From: Convolutriloba macropyga
Lineage: Eukaryota
Assembly: GCF_964194025.1 (NCBI RefSeq)
Contig: NC_134471.1
Span: forward strand, 66,588,001 to 66,652,000
Length of the DNA: 64,000 bases
Direction of reading: 5' to 3'
The notes beneath the pieces are model-generated. The model ran no database searches. It had not been told where the DNA came from and saw only the letters and a program-made list of their open reading frames with translations. Shown piece after piece: positions 26,201-37,265 of this stretch (the stretch's first letter is position 1; each line of letters begins with the position of its first letter). The position numbers and the translations under genes are program-made.

Positions 26201-29200
26201 CGAGTTTTAGGCGACAAGGCAATCATATAGACATTTATGGCTGTAATATGAAGCGGAAAAGAGTCAGTTGTGTATAAGGTGCAAACATGTATGGTCAGCA
26301 GCAGTTCTCGGCGTGTGCTCCACTTATGATCATTACAAAATCTGAACCAAATCTCTTGCTTTTGATAAACTTTATCGGGACATAACGCGCATAATTTTAC
26401 TCTTAAAAATTTTTAAGAGTCTTGCAGGATTCTCTAATGTAAAGAGATTGAAACTCTATGACTTTGGCTCCCTTGATATAGAGTAGAAAATTGAATACTA
26501 AGTAAACGAGCAGTACAAACTTGAATAGTTTAAGTTGGAGTAAAATATAGCTTCATTTTTTAAGCAAAGAAAACCAAAACTTGCTTTGCAAAGTGATTAA
26601 GGTGTCAGAAATATTCAGAATGAAAGTCAGAGGTCATTCTACAAAATGAACCCAGTTTGCTTACAGCAGAAAAAAATGAAAGTCTTTGCATAGACCAATA
26701 GTTGTTTTAGTTCGGAAGTCCACCAAAAACGCTAAAAAAAAGTACTTCCAAATCCCAAATAATTATGAGAAACTGATTGTTGGTTCCTGTAATTTACGGC
26801 TTGTTTAGGGGCATACAAGGGCTCTGCAAGAAAAAGCAGTTAGTTTTTTTTTAAAAAAGTTAGACAGCAAGACTGGAGGTTAAAACTAAATTTGTGCATT
26901 TAAAAAAAAATTGTTGGCCGAGTTTTTGATTTCCAGGAGAATTAGAAAAGTATTTATTTGCAAACTAATGATTACAAAAAGAAGATGCACGATAGAAAGA
27001 AGATGATACAGATAAAAATTTTTGTGATAAACCTCAGAACCATTTTTCGCGCATGCCTGGAGCAAAGGTTTCTGATCATTAAAAACCTGATGCCTTAATT
27101 GCGTATTTCTGCAAATTTTGGGCTTCTTTTAGCAACAGCCAAAGGAGTTCTGTATCACAAAAATTTAATGAGATCAAAAAGGCGGTTGAAGACACATGCA
27201 CGAAGAATAGAAAATGAAAAGAATTTGACATTGAAAATTGTTTAATAGCTTTAGTAGTTGGATGAGATTTTGGATGAAAAGGGGATAAGCAAGCATGGGG
27301 ACATTCAATCTGAGTTATTTAGGAAATTCTTAGTTTTCAGAAGTGAGAGTTTGATTACAGACAAAAACCGGAAAAAATCATAGAAAATAATGCAATTCAA
27401 TGTTTGAGTTTTCATAATTACCAGTGTCAAAATGTCTCTTTCACCCATACGAAAAATTTTTGTTTCTCATTTCAAGGTATAAAGCTGACATACGTTCTTC
27501 CAGGGAAAAATGTAGAAAGATGTAAGTTTTACCTGATTTCTTCTGCCATTCTGATCATAGGGAAACTGATATAAGCAAGCATGGAAACATTCAATCTGAG
27601 TTATTTAAGAAATTCTTAGTTTTCAGAAGTGAGATTTTGATTACAGAAGAAAACCGGAAAAACTCATAGAAAATAATGCAACTCAATGTTTGAGTTCTCA
27701 TAGTTACCAGTGTCAAAATCTCTATCTCTTTCATACAAAATGTTTTTGTTTCTCAATTCAGGGTATAAAGCTGACATACGTTCTTCGAGCGAAAAATGTA
27801 GAAAGATGTAAGTTTTCCCTGATTTCTTCTACCATTCTAATCATAGGGAAACCGATATAGAGTTGTTTAAAAACAAACATTAGGTGAAGCAAATGTATCC
27901 ACAGGACAAAACGGAAAAATATTTATTACTGGAAAAAAAAGAGCATTCACAAATTTGCGTGGGGATTTGGTAACATAAAACATGAGTTCTGTTTATTCCT
28001 GAAATTACCAAAACTGAAGTAAACACAGAAGTCTTGTAATCTTATTATTCCCTAACAATTATTCCCTTAAGATATGCAACAAATTGTGACCAACTTTATC
28101 CGCCCACTAGTACACTGATACGTTAGCTCAAATTGTTTTTAAGCGAACAACACGTTACTTTATTCAGATAATACAAATCATAAGAGTGAACACCATTAGG
28201 CGCAGAAAACATTCAGACATGAAAGAACGCTCACCACAGAGAATGCGAGAGACGAAACGCTCCAACGGTGTAGCAGTTAATTCTCAGTGGGAGAATTTCT
28301 TAGATTTATAGTGAGCGTATAATTGAAGTGAGTGAAAGTTCAGAGTTAGACGAAAATGTTGTGTGTGAACATAATAAGTTTCCGGCCATAACCAGAGTTA
28401 CTGGGAGACAGAATTTATTAGATGTAATCGGGTTGGACAATAAATTGATTGAATTGCACGATAATCGTGGAAGATTGATTAAATTGGTTTGAGTTAGTGT
28501 GGACCATTAAATTCTTTGGATAGAAAAACTCCTTTTGAATGTTGAAATCACTCGATTGCTTCTGGGCATACATTTTCCAGTTGCTGGTATTGCAATTTTC
28601 GGAAAAAATTTCTTTTATATTGAACAAAATTTCACGGGGCTGATAGAGCATTTTTTGGGGACCTACAGAACATTCCCAGCAGCAGAGTTTTGCAAGACTG
28701 ATCACAAGCGGACAAAGCTGGACACCGTAGAGATCAATCAGTCTCAGGAACACATTTTGGATATTCACGAAGAATTTCGAAGACTTGCATGAGGAGTGAT
28801 ATTTACGGAATTTTGAGCAGGAGACACAATTTGATTCTGGAGATTGTTATTTCGGAATATAGCTAGTGATTTTCTTGAAGCTAGGATTTTCAACTGACTT
28901 GAATGGTGGAAGTACGCAAGCAGGTGGATTCAAGAGTTTACTCGGAAGAGGCGAGAAGGACGAAGATGATTCCCAGCACAACTTGCAGCCTATGAGAAGC
29001 ATTCAGAGCAGAAGACTGTTTTTGGAAATATATGGACCGATGCATTACTTGTGGATGAGATATCGGTAAGCGTTGTGCAGTAGCAGATCTGAGAATTCAG
29101 ACACTCGGGGAAAAAGGTAACAGTGAGGTGGAAGATGACTCAACTTTTTAGTAATGACGATGTTAGCGATGACGACTACAAAAGCAAGCGCTACTGAAAC

Positions 29201-32200
29201 CACAGCAGAAAGCGAAGATTACAATTCGACAACTCACATGATTTTGGAAGCAACTCTTGGAAGCAGAAAACAATGACCGCGTATTTGATACCTCCAGAGA
29301 AGAGCAAGCGCTAGCAACTTGCTAATGATAGAAAAATGATAGAAAGTCTGAGTTTCAATGCAGAGGTAGTGATGGTTGATGGGTTAGTTACGATAAGGTA
29401 TTCGGCGACTAAATTGCTGAAGATTTTTTGATGTTTGACGCTTTGCTCTCTGTTCAAGACTACCGACCGTGGCATTGCTGCATTTGATGTTTCATGTGGC
29501 CCAATTGAGATGAAGAGGAGAGAGTCAAGCAACTCAGAATAGAAATGAATGCCTAAGAAGAGAAACGAAGGAGGAGTTGGAGAAATCGTGGAGTCGTTTT
29601 TGGATAGCAGTGAAGCAGATTGGGTATTGAAAACAGCTCGTAATGTGAAGTTTTCCTTAAACTGAGCATATTCACATCCCTTTGAGACAAAAATTAGAGA
29701 AATGAGTACTGCCCGTGCTGCAGGTGCTTGAAATCAGCCAAAAGCAAAGAATCTATACGGAGCGCGGCCGAAGAGCCAATGTTGGCGGACCAAAGCAAGA
29801 GTCTTAAATTTGAGCCATGGTTATGTGTAAATAATCCGAGCGACATAGCTGACGACGATGATTTGCAGAACCAGGAAAGGGGGTCGGTCTCATCATTTTT
29901 TGTTTTCTATGGACACTTATTTTGAGGTCAATATTCCGACTGACGCAAGTGCAGATGATTGTAGAGAGAAAATAATTGCGATACAGATTAAGAGCTCGCA
30001 TTCGCAGCAAATTTATGAACAGAAAAATACAAAAGTTACCGAACCAGTGGGATCAGAGTATGCTGGCTGAAACCAGTCGTCGTGTGGCCTATCTGGACAA
30101 GAAAAGAGAACAAAAGTACTGGAGTGTTGTTCAGGTCTAGCAATCTTTCCTTAACTCTGTGAACAGAAGTGATGATGAGAGAAGACTTGAGCAGGGGTAA
30201 CCTGAATTATACGATGTTTGTGTTCCATATTGAAGATTTCCTTCCTTGAAGCTTCGGAGGGAGAACGAGGAGTTTTGCCAGTTAATAAAGCTGGTTAATT
30301 TTGATTAGATCGGGAAAGTCTATTTTATCTAGATTTGCTTTGTGCAGACTAAAAAAACTAGATTTAAAGTTCTTAATTAGGAGATCGCAATAGAATCAAT
30401 CACCTAAACTCAGGGAGGAGAATGCACATGTTTCAATGGGAAAACAGTTGAAAATTTAATAATAGGATAAAAGTCAACAGTCAACTTTAAAGTATGTCTT
30501 TCATTACCCAGGTCCAGGTGGCCAGGCCGAAGTGACCCCTGATCAGACGAGTTTCGAGCGCACACATGTTCCAGGTGCGCTCGAATTACATGGTCTGGAA
30601 AAAGCTTCGAGCGCACTTTCATCTGGACAATGGTCTGGAACTTGTCTGATCAGGGGTCACTTCGGTCTGGGACGGTCTGATCAGAGGCGGCTTCGAGCGC
30701 ACACTTGTTTGATCAGAGACAATTTCGAACGCACACTAGTCTGATCAGGGGAGGTTTTCAAGCGCACACTAGTCTGATCAGGGGAGGTTTTCGAGCGCAC
30801 TTTAGTCTGATCAGAGGACGTTTCGAACGCACTTTAGTCTGACCAGGGACGTTTCGAGCGCACTTTTGTCTGATCAGAGAACGTTTCGACCGCACTTTTG
30901 TCTGATCAGAGGACGTATCGAGAGCTGAAATAGGTTAAATACTGTCGGAAAAAATCTACAGTTGAACTAACGAACAATTTTTTGAGATTTTCCAGTATGT
31001 TTTGGAACATTATGTAGGAGCGTATATTACCGAGCATCCTTGTCTATTCTAAGAATCCACTAACCCAAAATTTAGCATTCCATGCATTTCGTTCATCTTC
31101 AGTATGGACATACTCTCTTCGTTACTTTAACCTGGGTGATACACGGACTCGTTTATTGCTAAGAAAATTTATTTTTTTCCTTGATTTATCGTATTGTTTT
31201 ATGTATTGTCAAGTTTGTGCAATACTTTCGTTATTGAAGGTCTGCAGAGATCATCCATGCATATGGTCTGGGAAAATATTTCGAGCGCACTTTAGTCTGG
31301 ACAATGGTCTGGAACTCGTCTGGACAATGATCTGGAACTTGTCTGATCAGGGGTCACTTCGGTGTGGAACTCGTCTAATCAGAGGCGGCGTCGAGCGCAC
31401 TTCGAGCGCACAACGATCTTCGAGCGCACACTCGTCTGATCAGAGGTCCCACTTGTCTGGGACGGTCTGATCAGAGGTCCCACTTGTCTGGGACGGTCTG
31501 ATCAGAGGCGATTTCGAGCGCGACCTCATTCTGGGTAATGTTCTGTACAAACAAAATGGTTATTATGGATATCTTCTTTTTGACTGGTTTAGTTGTGTTC
31601 GGTTTTCTATAAATAACAAAAATTTACACACTCTTAATATAAATTATAATCTTTCAATTTTAACATGCTGTTTTGTGTGTAACAGCGTAGGCTACTTAAA
31701 ATCAAATTGCTATCAAAGAGAAGTAATGCGCCAGGAGGTAAGAAAAATTGTGCTGGTTACCCACGGAAAGAGCGAAACTTTCAATCTGGGAGAATAAATG
31801 TCTAGGAGGGAGGAGTGCGGAATTGTCTAAAATAAGGAGGTTGAAACTCTATGAAATAGAATCTCTGCTTTTATTATTGAGTATAAGAATAGTTTTCAAA
31901 GTTTCGGAAGTCCACCAAAAAACGCTAATAAATGAATTTTTAAATCTCAAATATTAATGAAAAGCTGGATATATTTTCTTGTAAGTTACGGCTTGTTTTG
32001 CGGGAACAATCGGGGTCTGCAAGACAGAAATAGCAGTTATTTTTTTCAGAAAATCCGAAAAAAAGACTGTAGGCAAAAACTAAATTTATGCTTTCAAAAA
32101 ATTTTGGCCAAATTTTAGATTTATACTAGGAATGAGAAAAGCTTTTATCTGTTAACTAATAACAAGCATGAACAAAATCGCGTAAAAAACACGAAGAAAA

Positions 32201-34715
32201 GTGTAAATGCGTAAGCAATTTTGGGATTTTATCAACTCAACCAAATGTGTTTGTGTTAATCAAAAAAATAATTGGATACAAAGAGCCGCCGAAGAAACAT
32301 GATTGAAGAATTGAAAATAAAAAGAAAATTAAAAGTCTAATTAACGAAAAAATTTTTAATCGCATTTATGTTTAAAGAGCTTTGGATGAAAAGTTGATAA
32401 GCAGCCTGTGTGAGATTCAAGCTGAGTTGTTTTGAAGTAGTGATTTTTGATTGCACGTGAAAACCGGCGAAAATCTCAGGAAATGATGCAAGTAAATGTT
32501 TGAGCTCTCATAATCAAATTGCTCTAGCCTGGATGAATATACCAGGTTAAATTTTGAGAAAATCAGAGTGTCTAATTGAAACCTATGTTATGAGACTTTT
32601 TTACTAGAGCGATCTTTTGTGATTTAATGTGGATATGACTAATTTTCACAATGGAATGTGGAAATAAAATTGGTGGACATTTTGTGAAAGCTAAGTGTTT
32701 AAGAGTGGAGTTTTGTTGAAATAAAGAGTTACAAAAATTTTTGATGTTTGATATAGGACCAATTATAGTCTAAAAGTCCTTTTGAGAAAAAATTGAAACT
32801 CAGAGAAGAATACAAAGGTTCTTTGAAAGAAATTTGGAACAGAAAAACTCACTTGATGAAAAAATAAAGGTCTGAATTTTCACGGCCCCCTATGCAAATC
32901 CTAAAAACCCTACTTTTTGAAACCCAATCGGCCTCAAATTTTAACTGCTGACTCCTTGTACCGTTGATCACGCAAGGAGAGAAATCGCGAGATTCCTGCG
33001 GTAACCCAAAGCGGTTCAATGTGCCTTTTAACACAAACTATTTCGGGTGCTTCTCTGAAAAAAAAACATTCTTACCAGTGTCAAAGTGTCTATCAAAAAA
33101 TCACTCTAACGCGAAGAATTCAAATTCGTTGTCTCTCAATCTCGAGGTATTAACGCTGACCATGACCATTTTTTGCGAGGGAAAAGTGCAGAAAGATTTA
33201 AATTTTCTCTGATTTGTTTCTACCATTGTGATCATAAGGAAATTGTTAAAATTTTATTTGGAAACAGCAAATGCCACATCTAAAGGTCAAGCAAAGGTAC
33301 TCATGGGATAAAACGGACAGGTTTTCATAACTGGGAAAAACAGCAGTCATATACTTCCAGGAAACATGAATTTTGTTCAATCCTGAAATTACCGAACCTA
33401 GTAAACACGGAACTCCGGTCATCTTGAACAAACCTTCACTTAAGATATGCTACAACTCGTGACCACCTTATTTGCTCACTATGGTGACTCTGAGGAAGTC
33501 ACTGATTCAATCTAGGACAATTCGAGAGCCGCGCAACCGGAATTTCGGAGATGCGAGTCAGAGTTTTCAATTGACATTGGCAGAGTCATATAATTTTGTT
33601 TGAAACACGAGATAAATCTGGCATTGTATATTAAACAAGCACGTGTACTTAATAAAATGTTGAAAGTCAGGAATACCAGAAGTTAAAATGCCTTTACTTC
33701 CTATATACGTAGTCAGAAATTGACTTCCGTTAACTTTCGTCATTCTAAATTGTGCATCTTTTGTGTTTCAATCAAGGTTACGTGACTATGCAGCAGCGTG
33801 ATTCAAAATTCTGACTCAACATTTACAACAACATTGCGGTTTTCCATAATCGCCAGAAGTTTTCAGTGACTTCAGGCAGAGTCACGTAATCTATACATCT
33901 GTCTCACTACATCTGTCAATTTTAAAATCGGAGCGTGCGTTTATTCAATTAAAAAAAACGCGTACTGGATTTCAAAATCGGTATGGGTGACTTCAGCGTT
34001 CAATCCGTTTACTCCAAGAGCGCTGTTGTAACTCGAAAGCTCTGGACAACAAGCGTAGAATTCGTATTCGTTCCCTGAAACATAAAAAAACAAAATAGTT
34101 AAAATTTTTGAAGGATCAACGCTTGATTAAAGCCATTTTTCTTGGGTTCTGTTGAAGTTCAGGTCTTGATAGCCAATAATATTTTATAGAAACCATGCCT
34201 GGGACGTATCGTTCCCGTTACAGCCCTCGCCCCCACAACATAGTGGTCTGATAATGTTCTAACCCTTCTCCACGATCATAAACATACCATAATCGGGGCT
34301 AAAACTCGCTGGATTTTTTTCGTGGGGGCTTTTGGTTTTCTCTTAAAGGTTTGTTAATGAATATAACCACATGGTTGTGTAACCACATGTTAATGAGTAC
34401 TACCACGCGTTATTTATTCTTCTCAAAATTTTCTCCTAAAAAATGTTTTCTGTAAAATATTTCGGATTTTCGCCAGACATCGTTTACCTTTTTGGAGATT
34501 TTTTTAACCCGACCCTTGAGAAGAAGTGACTAACTAGAATCCTCGTCAAGGGAATACTGGATACTTGTATTTGACTGAAAGTAGAATGCCAGAAGGAGGA
34601 CTCCCAGTGCGGCTATGATGATGGGGAATAGGTAAGTGGAGAACGTTCTGCGTGTTTGATTTAGAAGGTGAAACCAGAGGAGCACACGGATATGATAAAC
34701 GTTGATGCCAGACAT
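1811..34715 (-). CDS. ABCA: ABCA-subfamily full ABC transporter (TMD1-NBD1-TMD2-NBD2), 5 exons joined: 34715-34535, 34074-33966, 23589-19844, 8420-8325, 1995-1811
   Basis: All four introns are GT-AG with matching phases (1,2,1,1). The summed CDS is 4317 nt = 1439 codons including stop. Splicing rebuilds ABCA motifs across junctions: LDECTTG|MDPATR and SSRKIE|EWESSADTFCILTKGSQFFEGTSQALKAEHG (cf. [29 protein letters not shown]..FG). The N-terminal HIRVLLW..RR..P + TM1 matches the ABCA LLWK motif. The symbol is family-level only. Confidence 0.85.
4480..6540 (-). mobile_element. Highly decayed non-LTR (L1/Tx1-like) retrotransposon relic
   Basis: The minus strand is A-rich with only faint peptide echoes (EQAF.., RVYL). 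No intact ORF. Confidence 0.25.
6638..8193. mobile_element. Non-autonomous CMC/EnSpm-like DNA transposon with direct and inverted subterminal repeats
   Basis: Termini CCCGGGCC...GGCCCGGG are flanked by a 2-bp TSD TC/TC. Dozens of gcgttgaatttagcgtagatcttacata units occur in both orientations. Confidence 0.8.
8325..8420 (-). CDS. ABCA exon 4 (NBD2 D-loop to H-loop region)
   Basis: Acceptor ttttatttag|GC ATG GAT CCA completes TTGMDP. Encodes MDPATRDKFDKLIKAAKQRGSTIIISSRKIE. Donor G|gtaggc. Confidence 0.88.
8546..8928 (-). mobile_element. Putative 3' LTR of the adjacent Gypsy element
   Basis: On the minus strand a purine tract gagagaggccgaa directly precedes TGTG, and the segment ends in ...CTACA. 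No second copy exists in the window to confirm it. Confidence 0.4.
10205..11405. repeat. Tandem duplication (~585 bp) of the Gypsy integrase segment
   Basis: ttagcctctctact..ccattt/ccaattgctct starts at 10205 and 10790, and the two copies are collinear throughout. Confidence 0.85.
11228..11268. repeat. (TA)n microsatellite
   Basis: About 20 TA units. Confidence 0.95.
13260..14600 (-). mobile_element. CR1/L2-type LINE ORF2 fragment (pseudogenised RT)
   Basis: Manual translation gives LDIASAFDLVPQDTL..WGIGGKLLRLVAS*LSERQQIVKVNG..FLIFVNDL..YGYVDDF. Upstream are VTPIVKEGNKNDVSYYRP and an endonuclease-end-like FDHLPV. Confidence 0.85.
14702..16228. mobile_element. Non-autonomous CMC/EnSpm-like DNA transposon with tctgaatcaga/tctgattcaga subterminal repeats
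   Basis: TIR CCCGTACCT...AGGTACGGG with 2-bp TSD GA/GA. Near-palindromic 12-bp repeats occur at both ends. Confidence 0.8.
16276..16525. repeat. Subterminal-type repeat cluster (tggccagaccgaccatacccaaga), probable transposon end
   Basis: About 7 copies of ggccagac.. spaced 20-30 bp apart, starting at CCCAG. Confidence 0.55.
16640..16742. repeat. Imperfect (TG)n microsatellite
   Basis: Visible directly in the sequence. Confidence 0.9.
17100..19300 (+). mobile_element. Very decayed LINE-like relic
   Basis: Strong A skew on the plus strand and faint RT-like peptide remnants (QYRLI, RGIEYMN). No ORF. Confidence 0.25.
19844..23589 (-). CDS. ABCA exon 3 (3746 nt): TMD1, NBD1, TMD2 and most of NBD2
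   Basis: Lies within the 1283-aa ORF. NBD1 has GKNEAGKST, FCPQ and ILDEPTSAVD; NBD2 has GVNRAGKST, YCPQ and VLDECTTG. Multiple hydrophobic helices are present. Acceptor ttttgtatttatag|T, donor G|gtaaga. Confidence 0.93.
23666..24724. mobile_element. Non-autonomous TIR element with internal ccatatccaagaccata repeats
   Basis: Imperfect TIRs of about 30 bp: ttggatcctttccgtttgtgccccccag / ctggggggggtacaaacagaaaagatccaa. An internal unit of about 290-380 bp repeats 2-3 times. Confidence 0.7.
25100..28110 (+). mobile_element. Decayed L1/Tx1-like LINE relic, copy 1 (includes a 286-bp tandem duplication at 27285-27860)
   Basis: Collinear similarity to 31900-33480 (ttcggaagtccaccaaaaacgcta at ~26711 and ~31903; ttaagatatgc near both ends). 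An RQG-like remnant lies near 26210. ataagcaagcatgg repeats at 27285 and 27571. Confidence 0.45.
28270..30425 (+). mobile_element. Possible decayed LTR-element internal fragment
   Basis: Purine-rich, broken coding-like sequence ending in a PPT-like cagggaggagaa followed by TG. No recognisable catalytic motif. Confidence 0.3.
30507..31535. mobile_element. Non-autonomous CMC/EnSpm-like element with tctgatcaga / ttcgagcgcac subterminal repeats
   Basis: Termini CCCAG...CTGGG are flanked by TA/TA. Repeat arrays lie at 30520-30920 and 31260-31520. Confidence 0.78.
31900..33480 (+). mobile_element. Decayed LINE-like relic, copy 2 (paralog of 26700-28110)
   Basis: Collinear diverged direct repeat. 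Confidence 0.5.
33966..34074 (-). CDS. ABCA exon 2 (part of first extracellular domain); not in the ORF track
   Basis: Acceptor tttttttatgtttcag|GG and donor CA|gtacgc. The 109-nt exon is open (RNEYEFYACCPELSSYNSALGVNGLNAEVTHTDFEIH) and bridges the phase-1 donor of exon 1 to the phase-2 acceptor of exon 3. Confidence 0.72.
34535..34715 (-). CDS. ABCA exon 1 (start codon, LLW motif, first TM helix)
   Basis: ATG at 34715 gives MSGINVYHIRVLLWFHLLNQTRRTFSTYLFPIIIAALGVLLLAFYF. Donor A|gttagt at 34534, phase 1. Confidence 0.8.
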
Positions 34716-34924
34716 GGAAGAAACACTTTTGCCACGATTGCTTCGATGTAAAAGTTTCACATAATTTTCTACTCCGCAATAAATAATTTTGAACTACAAT
34801 TAAAAGAATTCAATTCTCGACAACAACTAAACGAAATTAAATTTCGACTACGATTGAAATAATTTAAATCTTTACTAGAACCAAATGAAGTTTTAATCTC
34901 AAACATGATTGAAAGAATATAACG

Positions 34925-35560
34925 ACCCCCTGATTACCCCCAAACTGATGAAAGAGTAGGGAGGTAATTGTTTATGGGGGGCATAGCGATTGGGGGAATT
35001 TTTAGAATTTAGCCCCCACAAAAAATACCCCCCCCCCCCAAAAAGATGTAAGATTTGGAGGGGGGGGGGGGGGGGGGGTGGTAATTTTTATGGTAAAACG
35101 ATGTAAGATTAGGGGGCAATATGGGTAATGGGGGAATTTTTAGATTTTAACCCCCCAAAAGATAACCCCCGAAAAGATGTAAAGTCAGTGGGTTATTTAT
35201 TTTTTTGGGGTAAGATGGGGGGTCTAATAGGGGTTAAGGGGTTAATGGAGGATGGGGTAAATTCATATAGATGGACCGTTAAGAAATGGGCATAAGCATT
35301 GATGGCATAGAGGCTCAGGAGAACCGGCTGAGGGTGCAGAGGTTGCGATTTCAAGACTGCCAGTCTGCGAACAGTGGGGGCTAAAACAATGTATAAGCTA
35401 GGGCTTCCAAGGGGCATAATTACCCCCTTACTCTTGCATCATTTTAACTACCCCCCCCCCCCCTTGCCCCTCAAAATTATATGAGAGTTTTGAGGGGAAT
35501 TGGCACGATTAGCCCCTAATTCCCACGATTAGCCCCTAATGTTACATCTTTTTTGGGGTA
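34925..35560. repeat. G/C-tract-rich repeat (probable MITE) just upstream of the ABCA start codon
   Basis: Poly-G and poly-C runs plus repeated gatgtaagat and ggggaatttttaga motifs in both orientations. Confidence 0.45.
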
Positions 35561-35564
35561 TAAA

Positions 35565-35700
35565 TTCGACACGGGGACTGGACTACTATAGCCCTAGATG
35601 AGATCCAACGGAAACACAGCCCTGGGCCGAAGATACCGATGAAAGTGCGTGCCCCACCAAAATGGGATGTGAAAAGGTTCCTCATTTCAGATTTATCCAA
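35565..35700 (-). pseudogene. Possible hAT transposase C-terminal dimerisation-domain remnant
   Basis: Manual translation EPFHIPFWWGTHFHRYLRPRAVFPLDLI*GYSSPVPV resembles WW...YP.L...A.DLL..PASSVPVE. Confidence 0.35.
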
Positions 35701-36914
35701 TTCGACCTGTTGCATCTTTTGTCTTTGTAATACTGTAGTTTTTAATTGGTTATCTGTGGAATAAGAATCAACCTCGAACATGCCGGACTGTTAATGATGA
35801 CCATTCTATGAGCAAAAGGAAAGAAACATCGAATATTGTATGGCTCCATTTTGTAATTTTGCTGATAGTTTGTACATTTGTGTCTTCATTCAAAAGAAAA
35901 TGGTTAAATTGAGCGATAGTTGCAGTAAAAGAAACTTTTGCAACCAATTTAAAAAGATGCTAATTTGTATCAGCTCTAATGAAAATTAAACAACAAAATT
36001 CTCTTCAATTCCAACTAAAATGAAAAACATGCTTCTGAATGAAACCAGGCTTGCGATTAATTTCTGCACAGTTATTCATATTGGTTTTATTTTAATTCTG
36101 TCCGTATCTTTTACTTGGTGAAAATCTGAAGTAAGTCTATAATAATCACAAGAAAAGTATAAGAGAGAATATAGAAGTTTCAAATAAAATTGTTCAAAAA
36201 TAATACAGTAGATTATTTGAAAACTGTTAGTCTTTTCAAAAAACAAACCAGTTAGAGAAACAAAACTCAGAATAATTGCTAATTGCTAAACATGCAGGTT
36301 TTTGTGTACACATAAAAATGATGCATTTAAGCTGATTATTGAAAACAGCAGTGCACAATTCGATATTAGAAAATTAGATTTTTGGCAAAATGTCAAAAAA
36401 ATTACAGTACACCACGCAACACTCAATTAACGAGAGAGAACTTTTGAACAATTCAGACAGCTTCAAATTAAAACCAAGAGTGTTTTAGGTGAGATTAAAA
36501 TAGAAGCATAAATGGGTAAACACTCATATTTTGAAAATCTCAAAATGGTCGGTAAGACAATTTGAGAGAGAAAATTTAAACTTCTTCATATATGTCACCT
36601 TTCTGATTAATTTAGAACAAAAGGAACCAAACTGGAAGATGACTGATATTGTCCGAGGTTTAGACGTCGACTGAGGATATGAGAGGACTTCAGAATTTCA
36701 GTGCCGGGATGGGTCCAATTATGACTTAAAAGAAGAACTACACGCCCGGACCGTACACTAAGAGACTTTCAGCGCTGAAATAGGACAAATCAATTGTTCC
36801 CAGTCCTGAATCATTGTGAGTGAAGTGTAAATGAGAAAATCCTTCTGTGTAGCAGAATGGCAGGCTGATAAATTACTGCGAAGACTGATTTTCAATGTGT
36901 ATCTGTCTGCATTG

Positions 36915-37137
36915 AATGATTTATTAACGTGTTGATCTCTGCAAAGAATGATTTATTAACGTGCCAGTCTCTGCGAAAAATGATTTATTAACGTGCTGAT
37001 CTCTGCAAAGAATGATTTATTAACGTGTTGATCTCTGCAAAGAATGATTTACTAACGTGTTGATCTCTGCAAAGAATGATTAACTAACGTGTTGATCTCT
37101 GCAAAGAACGATTTATTACGTATTGACCTCTGCAATA
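36915..37137. repeat. 32-bp minisatellite, about 7 copies
   Basis: Unit aatgatttattaacgtgttgatctctgcaaag. Confidence 0.92.
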
Positions 37138-37163
37138 AACAAGAAGATGAATTAGGTCGAAAC

Positions 37164-37265
37164 AAGTCGAAGAACCCCACTGACGAAGTCAAAGAACACC
37201 CCCCCTCCCCCCAACCGAAGTCAGAACCCCCCTGACTTCGGGTGGGGGGTGGGGTTCTTCGACTT
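37164..37265. repeat. Nested inverted repeat (mini-MITE/hairpin)
   Basis: Perfect 17-bp IR aagtcgaagaaccccac / gtggggttcttcgactt enclosing a 10-bp IR ccgaagtcag / ctgacttcgg. Confidence 0.75.
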
